64,000 bases of DNA from an uncultured Acidobacteriota bacterium (GCA_963832495.1 CAWHUF010000005.1:1813766-1877765), one strand, 5' to 3'; counted from the stretch's first letter, positions 52,911 through 63,311 are shown. The notes: generated from the sequence alone by a model not told the origin. Numbers and translations: made by a program.

Positions 52911-52914
52911 GCCC

Positions 52915-53062
52915 TCACCCTACCCTCTCCCGACCCCTCCCTCCCGACCTCACCGGGAGAGGGAAAAAGAAGCAGCTCCAACCCACTCCCTGCCTTCTCC
53001 CTCCTCTCCCGGTGAGGGGGGGGAGGGAGGGGTCGGGAGAGGAGGGCCGGGGAGGTGAGGGC
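52915..53062. repeat. GC-rich REP-like long inverted repeat (copy 3) between convergent DUF885 and phoA-like genes
   Basis: Left arm gccctcaccctaccctctcccgacccctccctcccgacctcaccgggagaggg. The right arm is its imperfect reverse complement (ccctcctctcccggtgagggggggagggaggggtcgggagaggagggccggggaggtgagggc). Shares the core with 15975-16035 and 18973-19030. Confidence 0.6.
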
Positions 53063-54610
53063 TCACCAGAACCCGAGCGCCTTCGCCATCACCCAATAAA
53101 TCGCGTTTTCCTCCATCGTCCCTTGGAACAAATGGGCGAAGGGGCCGCGGGCGAAGATCGCCACGTCCTCGCCGCCGTGGGTCTCGGAGTCGAAAGGCAC
53201 GAGCGCCTGCTGTTTGAAATCTTTCGCTTTCGTATCCACCCCGGTCAGGTCCGGACGGTCTCCCGCGACGGCCCCTGGACCGTTCTGGTATCCGAGCGTC
53301 GTATAGGGTTTGCCGTCCTTGGCCTTGTCGGGCTCCTTCCTGGGCAGGCCGTCCGGACCGTTGCTGACTGCCAGGCCCAGGATGTCGTTGCCGCGAGTGG
53401 GGTAGCCAGCCATCGTGAGGACGTGGCTGTGGTCCGCCGTGACGATGATCAGAGTGTCCTCGCCCGTCATGTTCACGGCCTTCTGGACCGCGCGTGAAAG
53501 CTCGATGGCGTCGTTGAGCGCCCGCATGGCGTTGCCCGCGTGGTTGGCGTGGTCCACGCGCCCGCCTTCCACCATGAGGAAGAAACCGTTCGGTCCGCGC
53601 TGGAGGATCTGGATGGCCTTTTCCGTCATTTCCGTCAGCGAGGGCTCGTTGGTCCGGTCCACCTCATACAGCATGTGGGAGGGCTCGAAGAGGCCCAGGA
53701 CGGGACCCGTGGTGGCGGAGTCGATCTTGTTGAAACCTTTCTGATCGTAGACGTAGACGCCGCCGGCCGATTCCCAGGCCTTGGCCAGGTTCTTGCCGTC
53801 CTTGCGCTTCCCCTTCTTGCCGGATTCAGGATCGGTATCGTTCACCGTCAGGAAGCTCTCGCGGCCGCCTCCCATGGCAACTTCCAGGCCCTTGCTCTTG
53901 ACGCCGTTCATCATCGTCTCCTGCATGGAGAACTCGAGGAGCTGGCGGGCGATGTCCTTGAATTTTGCCGCGGCGGCGCCGGGGCTCAGGTCGGCGTCCG
54001 ACTCCCAGTCGCGGTTGGGCGTATGGGCGTAGCAGGCGCCCGGCGTCGCGTGGGTGACGCGGGCGGTCGAGACCACACCCGTCCACATCCCCCGCCTCTC
54101 GGCCTGTTCCAGGATGGTTTCCAACCGGTTCGCGGGATCGGACGCGCCCGTGAAGTCGTCGCTGCTCAGGATTCTGGGATCGATCGACAGCATGCCATCG
54201 TTGGTCTTGCTGCCGGTGACGATGGCCGTCATGGTGGGGGCGGAGTCGGGCACCTGCTGGTTCGCCTGGTACGTCTTGGAGTGGGCAAGGTAGGGGAACC
54301 TCTCGAAGCTCAGCGAATTCTCCTCGCCGCCGTAGGGGCTCTTCTTCTGCTGCCCGTCCAGGATGCGGGCGGCCGTGATGGTGGTGATCCCCATACCGTC
54401 GCCCACGAACAGGATGACGTTCCTGGCCTTGTTCGTATTGGGTGTCAGGCGCTGGTTGGCTTCCACCTGGGCCTTGGCCCGCGCCATGAAGTCGTCCCGG
54501 GTCTCCCGGATCGCGGCCTGCGCTCCGGCCGGAGTGAGCCCGCCGGCGGTCAGCAGGGCCATCAATTGGACACAGAGGCCCAGACACAACGTTCCTCGCA
54601 TCGATTTCAT
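53063..54610 (-). CDS. phoA: alkaline phosphatase (PhoA family)
   Basis: Signal peptide MKSMRGTLCLGLCVQLMALLTAGG. NVILFVGDGMG (metal-site Asp), DSAPTMTAIVTG (active-site Ser region D-S-A), and ...VEGGRVDHANHAGN...TADHSH. Confidence 0.85.
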   Translation of the reverse strand: MKSMRGTLCLGLCVQLMALLTAGGLTPAGAQAAIRETRDDFMARAKAQVEANQRLTPNTNKARNVILFVGDGMGITTITAARILDGQQKKSPYGGEENSLSFERFPYLAHSKTYQANQQVPDSAPTMTAIVTGSKTNDGMLSIDPRILSSDDFTGASDPANRLETILEQAERRGMWTGVVSTARVTHATPGACYAHTPNRDWESDADLSPGAAAAKFKDIARQLLEFSMQETMMNGVKSKGLEVAMGGGRESFLTVNDTDPESGKKGKRKDGKNLAKAWESAGGVYVYDQKGFNKIDSATTGPVLGLFEPSHMLYEVDRTNEPSLTEMTEKAIQILQRGPNGFFLMVEGGRVDHANHAGNAMRALNDAIELSRAVQKAVNMTGEDTLIIVTADHSHVLTMAGYPTRGNDILGLAVSNGPDGLPRKEPDKAKDGKPYTTLGYQNGPGAVAGDRPDLTGVDTKAKDFKQQALVPFDSETHGGEDVAIFARGPFAHLFQGTMEENAIYWVMAKALGFW

Positions 54611-54733
54611 GGAATCTCCCTTCTTCCCTCTTGAAGAGAGCCGATTATGGCACCAGAGAGCTGGCACCAGAGCTGGAGGCCTCAACGAAATCCCTGGCAC
54701 TCCCGTAAGCTCTTGAAAACTGAGGAGGACTCT

Positions 54734-55961
54734 ATGAGCTTCTTGCGATCTCTCATCCTGATGCCGGTCCTGGCCGCCTTGGTCTCGACTCCCACGCTGG
54801 GGCAGAGGCCCACCATTGAAGAGGATCTCCTCAGCCCGACCGGCAATTTCCCGGCGATCGACGCCGACGGTCAAGGCGGCTTCGTGAGCGTCTGGGCGGA
54901 GGTCCTGGACCCGACGGACCGGGGTCAGGAGATCTTTGCCAGCCTGGTGCCGCCCGGCGGATCGAGCCCAGGCACGCCGTTCCAGGTGAACACCCGTGTC
55001 GCCGGACCCCAGGTCCGTCCCCGCGTCGCCGCCGGTCCGCAGGGTGATTTGATGGTGGTCTGGCAAGGAGGCACCTCCGAGGATCCGGCGGGAGGAGACG
55101 GCGACGGTACGGGCGTGTTCGGCCAGACCTTCAGTCGGACTGGAGCCCGGGTGGGGCCTGAGCGCCGCCTGAGCGAACGGATCACAGCCCCACAGATGAC
55201 CCCACAGGTGGCGGCCCTGGAGAGCGGCTCCTTCGTGGCGGTCTGGGAGGACGGGAGCACGGCCCGGGGTGAGATCGTCGTCCGGCTTTTCTCCGCCGCG
55301 GGCCCTCCCTTGGGCCCGGAACAGCGTCTGGCGGTCGCCGGGCCGCGCAACATCATCCCGCGGATGGTCTCCTACAAGAATGGCTTCGCCGTGTCGTGGA
55401 CGGAGGAGCTCGCATGCCCTGACGTCCGCCGGCCCGCCCGCCGCGCGGTGATCGCCCGTTTTGATCGATCCGGCCGGCGGACGGGAAAACTGATCCGGAT
55501 CGGGCGCCTCACCTGCGGAGAGAGCACCGCCATCGTGGCGCTGGCAGGGAGCCGGGCCGGCGCCGTGGCGGTCCTGCGGACCAGCTCCGGTCACTCGGTC
55601 CAGCGGTTGGGGCCGTCTGGAGAGGCTCGTGGGCAAGCCGGTTGAGATCTCTCGCCGGCTCTGCCAGGGAATCGGCGAGGGAGCCTTTTGCAGGTACGTC
55701 AAGGACGTGGCCATGAACGATCGGGGCCGCTTTGCCGTCGTCTGGGAGATCGCGGGCTCACCCACGGTCTACTACGCTCAGGTCTACAGTCCGAACGCCA
55801 TTGCGGGAGCGAACAGCGCTGAGCTTGCTGTCGTGGGCAGCACCTCGCCGAATCCCGCCATAGCCCTGGCCAACGACGGTACCGTTGGCGTGGTCCTGCG
55901 GCGTGACACCGGGATTCCTGAGGATGCGGGTCTCTTCCTCCAGCGGTTCCGGTTGCCCTAG
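54734..55961 (+). CDS. secreted repeat protein with recurring ...F(V/A)(A/S)VW(E/Q)... beta-strand motif (one frameshift at about 55630)
   Basis: RBS GAGGAGGA, then MSFLRSLILMPVLAALVSTPTLGQ. Repeats GFVSVWAE / LMVVWQGG / FVAVWEDG / FAVSWTEE / FAVVWEIA occur every ~50-60 aa, suggesting a beta-propeller-like fold. The tail sits in ORF 55629..55961. Confidence 0.45.
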
Positions 55962-56001
55962 GAAACCGGTCTACAATGGGTGAAACACCAAGGGGGAAGT
56001 C

Positions 56002-56436
56002 ATGTCCGACACCATCGTGGACTTGAAGCAGGTCGTCGAGGGCCATGACGGGATCTCCGTCATCCGGGGCAGCGGCGTCTGCCGGGGCTGGAACAACATC
56101 CAATATAAAGCGGGGCTCTCGGCCAAGAACGTCAACGCCAGGAAGCTGTCGATGAACGTGGCCACCATCCCGCCGGGAGGCGTGGCCTACGCCCACATCC
56201 ACGTCGACTTCGAGGTCATGCTTTACATCCTCCAGGGCCGTGTCCGCCACGAATACGGCCCCGGCCTCAAGAAGTCGGTGGACAACGAGGCGGGAGACTT
56301 CATCTTCATCGAGCCCGGCGTTCCCCACGAGGTCTTCAACCTCAGCGACACCGAGCCGGTCATCGCCGTGGTCGCCCGCTCCGACGCCTCGGAATGGGAG
56401 AACATCGTCAACTACGACCGGAAAAGCGAAGGGTAG
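56002..56436 (+). CDS. cupin-domain protein
   Basis: VATIPPGGVAYAHIHVDFEVMLYILQGRVRHEY...GDFIFIEPGVPHEVFN is a canonical two-motif cupin. RBS AAGGGGGAAG. Confidence 0.7.
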   Translation: MSDTIVDLKQVVEGHDGISVIRGSGVCRGWNNIQYKAGLSAKNVNARKLSMNVATIPPGGVAYAHIHVDFEVMLYILQGRVRHEYGPGLKKSVDNEAGDFIFIEPGVPHEVFNLSDTEPVIAVVARSDASEWENIVNYDRKSEG

Positions 56437-56518
56437 AACTGTGACCCTTACGGGGGCGCAAAAATCGCGGTCCCGCTAGGGACCACCGTAGGTAGCCAGG
56501 GATTTCAATCCCTGGCTA

Positions 56519-57681
56519 GTGTAGTGCGTCCCAGAAGGCGCAACTTTTGTTATCCTCCGGAGTCGCAGACACCGAGAGGAGGAACATGCGCGTCGCGCCC
56601 CCAGTCATTTTTTCCGAGGAGCAGCGTGAGCAGATTGAGAAGCTGTCGCGAGGACGGTGTGTGGCCGTGCGTGTGGTAGAGAGAGCGAGGATCATTTTGC
56701 TTTGCGCTGAAGGCAAGCAGAACCGAGAGATCGCGGAGCTTCTCGGGACTACGCGCCGGACCGTCGGTCTTTGGCGCCGCCGCTTTGTCCAGAACGGGAT
56801 CGCTGGCATCGAGAAAGACGCTCCCCGTCCAGGGCGGCAGAAGCCGCTTGCCGAAGAGGTCGTTCAAGAGGTCGTCCGCAAGACCACACAAGAGCAGCCT
56901 CCCAAAGGGACCCATTGGAGCAGTCGGAGCTTGGCCAAGGTGATGGGGTTAAGTGCGAGCACTATCCTTCGGGTCTGGAAGCGCCACGGCTTGAAACCCC
57001 ATCGGGTGCGGACTTTCAAGCTCAGCAAGGACCCGAAGTTCGTCGAGAAGTTGGAGGACATCATTGGTCTGTACCTCAGCCCCCCAGAGCACGCGTTGGT
57101 GTTCTCGGTCGACGAGAAGAGTCAGATCCAGGCTCTCGACCGGACGCAGCCTGGACTTCCGCTGAAAAAGGGGCGCTGCGGCACGATGACTCATGACTAC
57201 AAGCGCCATGGAACGACGACCTTATTTGCAGCCTTGAACACGCTGGACGGGACGGTGATCGGCACCTGCATGCCGAAACATCGCCACCAGGAGTGGATCA
57301 AGTTCCTGAGCCTCATCGATCGGAAGACTCCCGAGGACAAGCTCATTCACCTGATCGCGGACAACTACGCCACCCACAAGCATCCGGAAGTCCAGGCCTG
57401 GATGGCCCAGCACCCACGGTTTACGATTCACTTCACTCCGACGAGCGCCTCATGGCTCAACATGGTCGAGCGCTTTTTCCGCGACCTGACCCAGAAGCAA
57501 TTGCGTCGAGGAGTCTTCCGCAGTGTTGAGGAACTGATCGCGTCCATCAATGCCTACCTTATTCAGCACAATGCAGATCCGAACCCCTTCGTGTGGACAA
57601 AGTCAGCCAACGACATCCTTGAGAAGGTCACCCGCGCCCGCCAAGCTCTGGTTAAGACCACCTCTTTGTGACGCACTACAC
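56519..57681 (+). mobile_element. IS630-family insertion sequence with TA target duplication
   Basis: TIRs GTGTAGTGCGTC (56519-56530) and GACGCACTACAC (57670-57681). Flanked by TA at 56517-56518 and 57682-57683. 1163 bp, single transposase ORF. Confidence 0.75.
56586..57671 (+). CDS. IS630-family (Tc1/mariner-like) DDE transposase
   Basis: N-terminal HTH (RCVAVRVVERARIILLCAEGKQNREIAELLGTTRRTV), then the DDE domain with FSVDEKSQIQAL (D1), LIADNYATHKH (D2), and ...SWLNMVERFF (E). Confidence 0.8.
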   Translation: MRVAPPVIFSEEQREQIEKLSRGRCVAVRVVERARIILLCAEGKQNREIAELLGTTRRTVGLWRRRFVQNGIAGIEKDAPRPGRQKPLAEEVVQEVVRKTTQEQPPKGTHWSSRSLAKVMGLSASTILRVWKRHGLKPHRVRTFKLSKDPKFVEKLEDIIGLYLSPPEHALVFSVDEKSQIQALDRTQPGLPLKKGRCGTMTHDYKRHGTTTLFAALNTLDGTVIGTCMPKHRHQEWIKFLSLIDRKTPEDKLIHLIADNYATHKHPEVQAWMAQHPRFTIHFTPTSASWLNMVERFFRDLTQKQLRRGVFRSVEELIASINAYLIQHNADPNPFVWTKSANDILEKVTRARQALVKTTSL

Positions 57682-57740
57682 TAGGTGGCGGCGCTGAACA
57701 TTGCTGAGGCCGCCTCTAGCCTTCGGCATTCTCGCCTTCA

Positions 57741-59291
57741 TCACGACCCCAGCACCGCCTCCGCCGCCAACCACCCGGCCGTCGGCCGCACACCCCCGCC
57801 CGGGTGGCTGCCGCTGCCGCCCAGGAAGAGGCCGGGGACGGCCGTCCGGTACCGCGCCGCGGAGGGCGACGGGCGCATCACCAGGAGCTGGTCGAGGGCC
57901 AGCTCGCCGTGGTGGAGCTGGCCGCCGGTCAAGGCGAAACGGGTCTCCAGGTCGGCGGGAGTCAGGACCTCCCGCGCCACGATCCGCTGGCGCACGTCCG
58001 GGGCGTGCTGCTCGAGAACCGAGATCACGGCGTCGCCCAGGCGCTCGCGGGCTTCCTCCGTCCAGCCGCCTTCGAGCTTGTAGGGCGCGAAGCTCGCGAG
58101 GATGGAGACGACGTGGTGGCCGGCGGGCGCGAGGCTGGGATCGGCGACGGTCGGGACGCGGATCTCCAGGTTCGGACGCTCGGAGAAGCGCCGGTATTTG
58201 ATGGCGTCGAAGGCGCGTTCGAGGTCGTCGACGTGGCCGCCGCCGATGCGGATCGCCTCGTCGAGCCGGCCGTTGCTTCCCGCCAGCTCCAGGGGACCCG
58301 AGAGCGCCAGGTGGACCTTGGCCGCGGTGCCCCGGCTGCGCAGGTGCAGGAATTCCTCTTCGATCCGGAGCGGCAGGGTTCCCGGCGCGAGCAGAGAGAG
58401 CATCGTGCGCTTGGGATCGGCGGAGGAGAGGACGACCGGCGCGTCGAGGGTCTCGCCGGAAGCGAGGGTGACCCCCGAGACCTTGCCCCGGTCGAGGCGG
58501 ATGCGCTTGACCTCGGCGCCGGTGCGCACCGCGGCCCCGGCGCCGCCGGCCGCGGCGAGGAGCGCCTTGACGAGCGCCGGAGGACCACCCTGCAAGGCCT
58601 CGCCGCCCGCGCACTCGCGCAGCAGGAAGTTGGTCACGGTGCCGGCCGACCACGGGCCCGACCAGGTGGAGGCGACCGCGGGCGCGGCGAGCGCTTCGAC
58701 CAGCAGCGGCGTCTCGAACCGTTCGTTCAGGAAATCGGCGACGCACATCGGCGCCACGCGCGCCAGCTCGACGAGGTCCTGCCGGCTGATCTTCCACAGC
58801 GCCAGGCCGCGCTGCGCGAGCTGCCAGAGGTCGCCGGCCGATCCGGGCGTCAGGCGCGGCGGCGCTTCGTCGAGGATGGCGCTCAGGAGCGGCGTGATCC
58901 GGCCGAGGAAAGCGTGCAGGCGCTGGTAGCTCTCGGCGTCGTGCTGGGAGCGCTGGCCGATCGCTTCGGCGGCCCCGGAGGCCTCGCCGGGAAGGAGGAT
59001 GCCCGGCCCGTTCGCTTCCGCGATGTACGTGGCCGGAGGCTTGCGGAAAGCGAGGCCCTGCTTGACGAGGCCGAGCCGGTCCGCGACGGCACGGGGCACG
59101 AGGCCCTCGTCGTGAAGCAGGCCGGGGACGGAGTAGCCGGGGTGAAACTCGTGCTTCGCCGACAGGCCCCCCGGCGCTTCCGCGCGTTCGAGGACCAGGA
59201 CCTTGCGTCCCGCCGAGGCGAGCCTCGCCGCGGCGGCGAGGCCGTTCGGACCGGCGCCGATGACGATGACGTCAAGGACCTCGAAGCCCAT
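57741..59291 (-). CDS. CrtI/phytoene-desaturase-family FAD-dependent oxidoreductase (copy B)
   Basis: MGFEVLDVIVIGAGPNGLAAAARLASAGRKVLVLERAEAPGG (GxGxxG Rossmann). Ends ...FLGGSGSHPGGGVRPTAGWLAAEAVLGS, the conserved CrtI-family C-terminus. The start overlaps the upstream gene's stop (ATGA). Confidence 0.75.
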   Translation of the reverse strand: MGFEVLDVIVIGAGPNGLAAAARLASAGRKVLVLERAEAPGGLSAKHEFHPGYSVPGLLHDEGLVPRAVADRLGLVKQGLAFRKPPATYIAEANGPGILLPGEASGAAEAIGQRSQHDAESYQRLHAFLGRITPLLSAILDEAPPRLTPGSAGDLWQLAQRGLALWKISRQDLVELARVAPMCVADFLNERFETPLLVEALAAPAVASTWSGPWSAGTVTNFLLRECAGGEALQGGPPALVKALLAAAGGAGAAVRTGAEVKRIRLDRGKVSGVTLASGETLDAPVVLSSADPKRTMLSLLAPGTLPLRIEEEFLHLRSRGTAAKVHLALSGPLELAGSNGRLDEAIRIGGGHVDDLERAFDAIKYRRFSERPNLEIRVPTVADPSLAPAGHHVVSILASFAPYKLEGGWTEEARERLGDAVISVLEQHAPDVRQRIVAREVLTPADLETRFALTGGQLHHGELALDQLLVMRPSPSAARYRTAVPGLFLGGSGSHPGGGVRPTAGWLAAEAVLGS

Positions 59292-60884
59292 CAGACCGCC
59301 CTCTTGTCGAGCATCGTCTGGGCGCAGAGAGCGCCCGGCGCGCCCATGATGCCGCCGCCGGGGTGGGTGCCCGACGCGCACATCCAGAGGTTGCGGACCG
59401 GCGTCTTGTAGCGGCTCCAGCCGGCCATCGGGCGCAGGAAGGCGAGCTGCTCCAGCGACAGCTCGCCGTGGAAGATGTTGCCTTCGGTCAGGCCGTAGAT
59501 CTGCTCCAGGTCCCAGGGCGTGAGCACCTGGCGGTGCAGGATCCGGCTCTTCAGGTTCGGCATGTACTCCGAGAGCGTGTCGATGACCGCGTCGCCGAAG
59601 GCCTCGCGCTGGTTCGGCCAGTCCGCGGCCCCTTCCTTCAGGTGGTAGGGCGCGTACTGGACGAAGATCGACATGACGTGCTTGCCCGGCGGGCGCCACC
59701 GTCGGATCGGTCATCGACGGGATGAGGACGTCCATGAACGGCCGGCGGGAGAAGGCGCCGTACTTGGCGTCGTCGTAGGCGCGCTCCAGGTAGTCGATCG
59801 ACGGCGCGATCGTGATGCCGCCCTGCAGGTGGGGGCCATAGCCCGGCAGGCAGGCGAGCTCCGGCAGGCCGTCGAGCGCCAGGTTCACCTTGCCCGAGGA
59901 GCCGCGCATCTTGAACCGCTTGACCTGCTGGGTGATCTCGGGATCGAGGTGCTCCTCGCCGACGAGCTTCAGGAACGTGCGGTGCGGATCGAGCCCCGAG
60001 ATCACGGCCTTGGCGCGGATCTCGTCGCCGTTTTCGAGCACGACGCCCGCGGCCTGTCCGTTCTTCATCAGCAGATGGGCGACCGGCGCCTCGGTCCGGA
60101 TCTCGACGCCCAGCGCGCGCGCCGAGCTGGCGATGGCGTTCGCGATGGCGCCGGTGCCCCCCTTGGGCAGTCCCCAGGCGCGGAACGAGCCGTCGATCTC
60201 GCCCATGTAGTGATGGAGGAGGACGTAGGCCGTGCCGGGCGAGCGCACGCCGAGGAACGTGCCGATGATGCCGGAGATCGCCATCGGCGCGATGAGCTGC
60301 TCGCACTCGAACCACTCCGAGAGGAAGTCCACCGCGCTCATCGTCATCATCTTGACGTTGGCGAAGAGCCAGGCGTCCCCCTGGCCGCGGATCTGTTTGC
60401 CGAGGCGCGCGATCCGCAGCAGCTCCCGCGGGTCGCGCGACAGCGGATCGGGGGCCGGCTCGTCGATCAGCGGCTTGATCAGGCGGCCGAGCTCGGCCAT
60501 CTCCTGGCCGAAGCGCTTGTAGACCTCCGCGTCGCGCGGCGAGAACTGGGCGATCGAGCGGCGCGTCCGCTCGGGATCGGTGTCGCGCATCAGGTACCGC
60601 CCGTCCGGGAACGGCGTGACGGTCGCTTCCAGCGGCAGGATCTCGTAGCCGTGGCGCGGCAGGTCCAGGTCGCGGATGATCCAGGGCCGCAGCAGCGAGA
60701 CCACGTAGGAGCAGCAGGTGTACGTGAAGCCGGGGTAGATCTCCTCGCTCGTGGTCGCGCCGCCGACCTGATGCCGCCGTTCGAGCACCAGCACCTTGCG
60801 CCCGGCCTTGGCGAGATAGGCCGCGCAGACCAGGCCGTTGTGCCCGGCGCCGACCACGATGGCGTCGTATTTCGTGCCCTTCAT
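59291..60884 (-). CDS. CrtI/phytoene-desaturase-family FAD-dependent oxidoreductase (copy A; frameshift at about 59690)
   Basis: MKGTKYDAIVVGAGHNGLVCAAYLAKAGRKVLVLERRHQVGG. The C-terminal piece is ORF 59291..59674 (...WMCASGTHPGGGIMGAPGALCAQTMLDKRAV). The start overlaps the gcvT-like stop (ATGA). Confidence 0.7.
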
Positions 60885-62097
60885 GGCTTGCGCTTCCTCT
60901 CCGGGTCGAAGAAGGGGGGCGGCGCGACGGTCGCGGTGACCTTGCGCCGCTCGTATTCGACCGTGTGCTCGATCTGGAGCTTCGTCCCCTTCGCCTCGAG
61001 CCGGGGCGGACCGAGGCGATCGCCAGATATTTCTTGAGGATCGGCGACCAGGTGTGGCTGGTCGCCTGGCCGACCTGGCGGCCGTCCTCGTCATAGACCG
61101 GCAGGGCGTCGCGCCGCGCGGTCGCCGGCAGGCTCGGCGGCAGGTTGAAGCTCGCGTAGAGCGCTTCGAGCTCCTCCCAGCTCACCTCCAGGCCGACCAG
61201 ATGCCAGGCCGGGCCGCGCTTCATCTCGGCGGCGATGGCGTCGCGGCCGATGAAGTTGCCGCGCTCGAGATCGACCATCCAGCCGAAACCCAGCTCGAGC
61301 GGCGTCGACTTGCGCGATTCGAGGACCACCTTGTGCGAGCTGAAGTAGTCGACGCCGAGCAGGATGAAGCCGGCTTCGATCCGCACCACGTCGAGCGCGT
61401 CGAGCCCCGCGGGCTCGATGCCGTGCGGCTGGCCGGCGGCCATCAGGGCGTCCCAGACCGCCAGCGCGTCCTCGCGCTCGACCCAGACCTCATAGCCCAG
61501 GTCGCCGGTGTAGCCGGTGCGGCTGATCCAGACCGGGATGCCCGCCCAGCCTGGGCAATTGTCGCGCGGGTGACGCCGAAGAACTTGAGCGCGTCGAGGC
61601 CGGCGTCGCCGCCGCCGCCGCTGACATCGCGCAGGATGGCGCGGGACGTGGGGCCCTGGAGCGCCAGGGCCGCCAGGCGCGCGCTGGAATCCTCGATCGT
61701 CACGTCGAAGCCGCGGGAGAGCGCGTGCAGCCAGTGCAGGGTCGGATCGGCCGCGGTGACGCGGAAGTGCGTCTCGCCCAGCCGGGAGACGGTGCCGTCG
61801 TCGATCACCTTGCCGTCGTCGTCGCACCAGCAGCTGTAGGCGACCCGGCCCACCTTGAGCTTGGACACGTCGCGCACCATCATGCGGCGCGAGGAGGGCC
61901 TGGGCGTCCGGCCCGGAGACCTCGTACTTGTAGAGCGGCGTCACGTCGAGCAGGCCGGCCGATTCGCGGAAGGCGAAGTACTCGCGCTCGTGCGACGTGT
62001 CGTAGCTGCAGACGGCGCAGTAGCCGGCCCAGTCCTTCCAGCGGTAGCTGGTGCACAGCGACTGCGTGCGCTCGTGGAATGGCGTAGGGATCGGCAT
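60881..62097 (-). CDS. aminomethyltransferase (GcvT/DmdA/LigM) family folate-binding protein (at least 2 frameshifts)
   Basis: MPIPTPFHERTQSLCTSYRWKDWAGYCAVCSYDTSHEREYFAFRESAGLLDVTPLYKYEVSGPDAQALLA... (N-terminus). Middle piece 61443..61883 (...GRVAYSCWCDDDGKVIDDGTVSRLGETHFRVTAADPT...). The C-terminus ...VGQATSHTWSPILKKYLAIASV... ends ...IEHTVEYERRKVTATVAPPPFFDPERKRKP*. Confidence 0.6.
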
Positions 62098-62175
62098 CGG
62101 TATCGTGTCGGCTCCGCTGAAGGCGGCGGGAGTGTACCACCGAATCCGGCGGGCGATGCTAGAATTCCACCCGCC

Positions 62176-63311
62176 ATGAGACCACGCACCGCCTTCGGCC
62201 AGCACACCCTCTCCGGCGAATACTTCACCTCCGAGGAGATCTTCCGCGCCGAGCGCGAGCGGATCTTCCACCGCTCCTGGCTCCTCGCCGGCCACGTCTC
62301 GCAGCTCGCCTGCGCCCGGCAGCTTCTTCCTCTTCGAGCTCGACCGGGAGAGCGTCATGGTCGTCCGCGACGGCGAGGGGACGGTCCGCGCCTTCCACAA
62401 CCTCTGCCGCCACCGCGGCAGCCGCCTCTGCCTGGCCCCGCACGGCGAGCTCGGCCACGCCCTCCAGTGCCCGTACCACGCCTGGACCTACGGGCTGGAC
62501 GGAGCCCTGCGCGCCGCGCCCAACATGGCCGAGGTCGCCGGCTTCGACTCGCGGGATCATCCGCTCAAGCCGGTCGCGCTCGCCGACTGGCAGGGCCTGC
62601 TGTTCCTGAACCTCGCGTCCGGACCCGGTCCCCTTCGCCGAGGCCCTGCCGGGGCTCCAGGGCAAGTTCGAGGCCTGGCGGCTCCCCGAGCTGCGGTCGG
62701 TCCACCAGAGCGTCTACGACGTCGAGGCCAACTGGAAGCTGTTCTTCCACAACTACAGCGAGTGTTATCACTGCCCGAAGGTCCATCCGCACCTCAACAA
62801 GCTGACGCCCTACCGCAACACCGAGAACGACCTCGACGAAGGGCCGGTCCTGGGCGGGCCGATGTGGATGAGCAACCCCGAGGGGAGCATGACGATCGAC
62901 GGCGGGCGCTGCGCCGCTCCCCTTCGCCGGGCTCTCCCCCGAGGAGCGCGGGCGCGTCTACTACTACACGGTCTTCCCGAGCGCCTTCCTGTCGTTCCAC
63001 CCCGACTACGTGCTGGTCCACCGCGCGCAGTCGCTCGGCCATCGAGCCGCACCCGCATCGTCTGCGACTGGTACTTCCATCCGGACGCGATCGCCGCGCC
63101 GGGCTTCGATCCCCAGCCCGCCATCGACTTCTGGGACCTGACCAACCGCCAGGACTGGGAGCTGTGCGCCAACGCCTACAAGGGCGTCTCCTCGAACGCC
63201 TGGGAACCGGGACCCTATTCGGAGCTCGAAAGCCAGCTCGCCGCCTTCGACCGGCAGTACCTGCGGGCCCTCGCGCCGGACGCTCCGGCAGCCGTTCGCC
63301 GGCGGGCGTGA
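62176..63311 (+). CDS. Rieske [2Fe-2S] non-heme-iron oxygenase alpha-subunit-like protein (at least 3 frameshifts)
   Basis: MRPRTAFGQHTLSGEYFTSEEIFRAERERIFHRSWLLAGHVSQLA... Rieske motif CRHRGSRLC...CPYHAW. The catalytic domain has ...NYSECYHCPKVHPHLNK... (His ligands) in ORF-frame 62565..; C-terminal ...RIVCDWYFHPDAIAAPGFDPQPAIDFWDLTNRQDWELCANAYKGVSS... in ORF 62862..63311. Divergent from the gcvT-crtI-crtI operon. Confidence 0.6.

Noticed and set aside
3900-63311. Calling the approximately 20 split genes as genuine pseudogenes
   Set aside because: Junctions that could be reconstructed map to G/C homopolymers and restore conserved sequence when one base is added. That density of inactivation across unrelated functions is implausible. 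I treated them as assembly indels.
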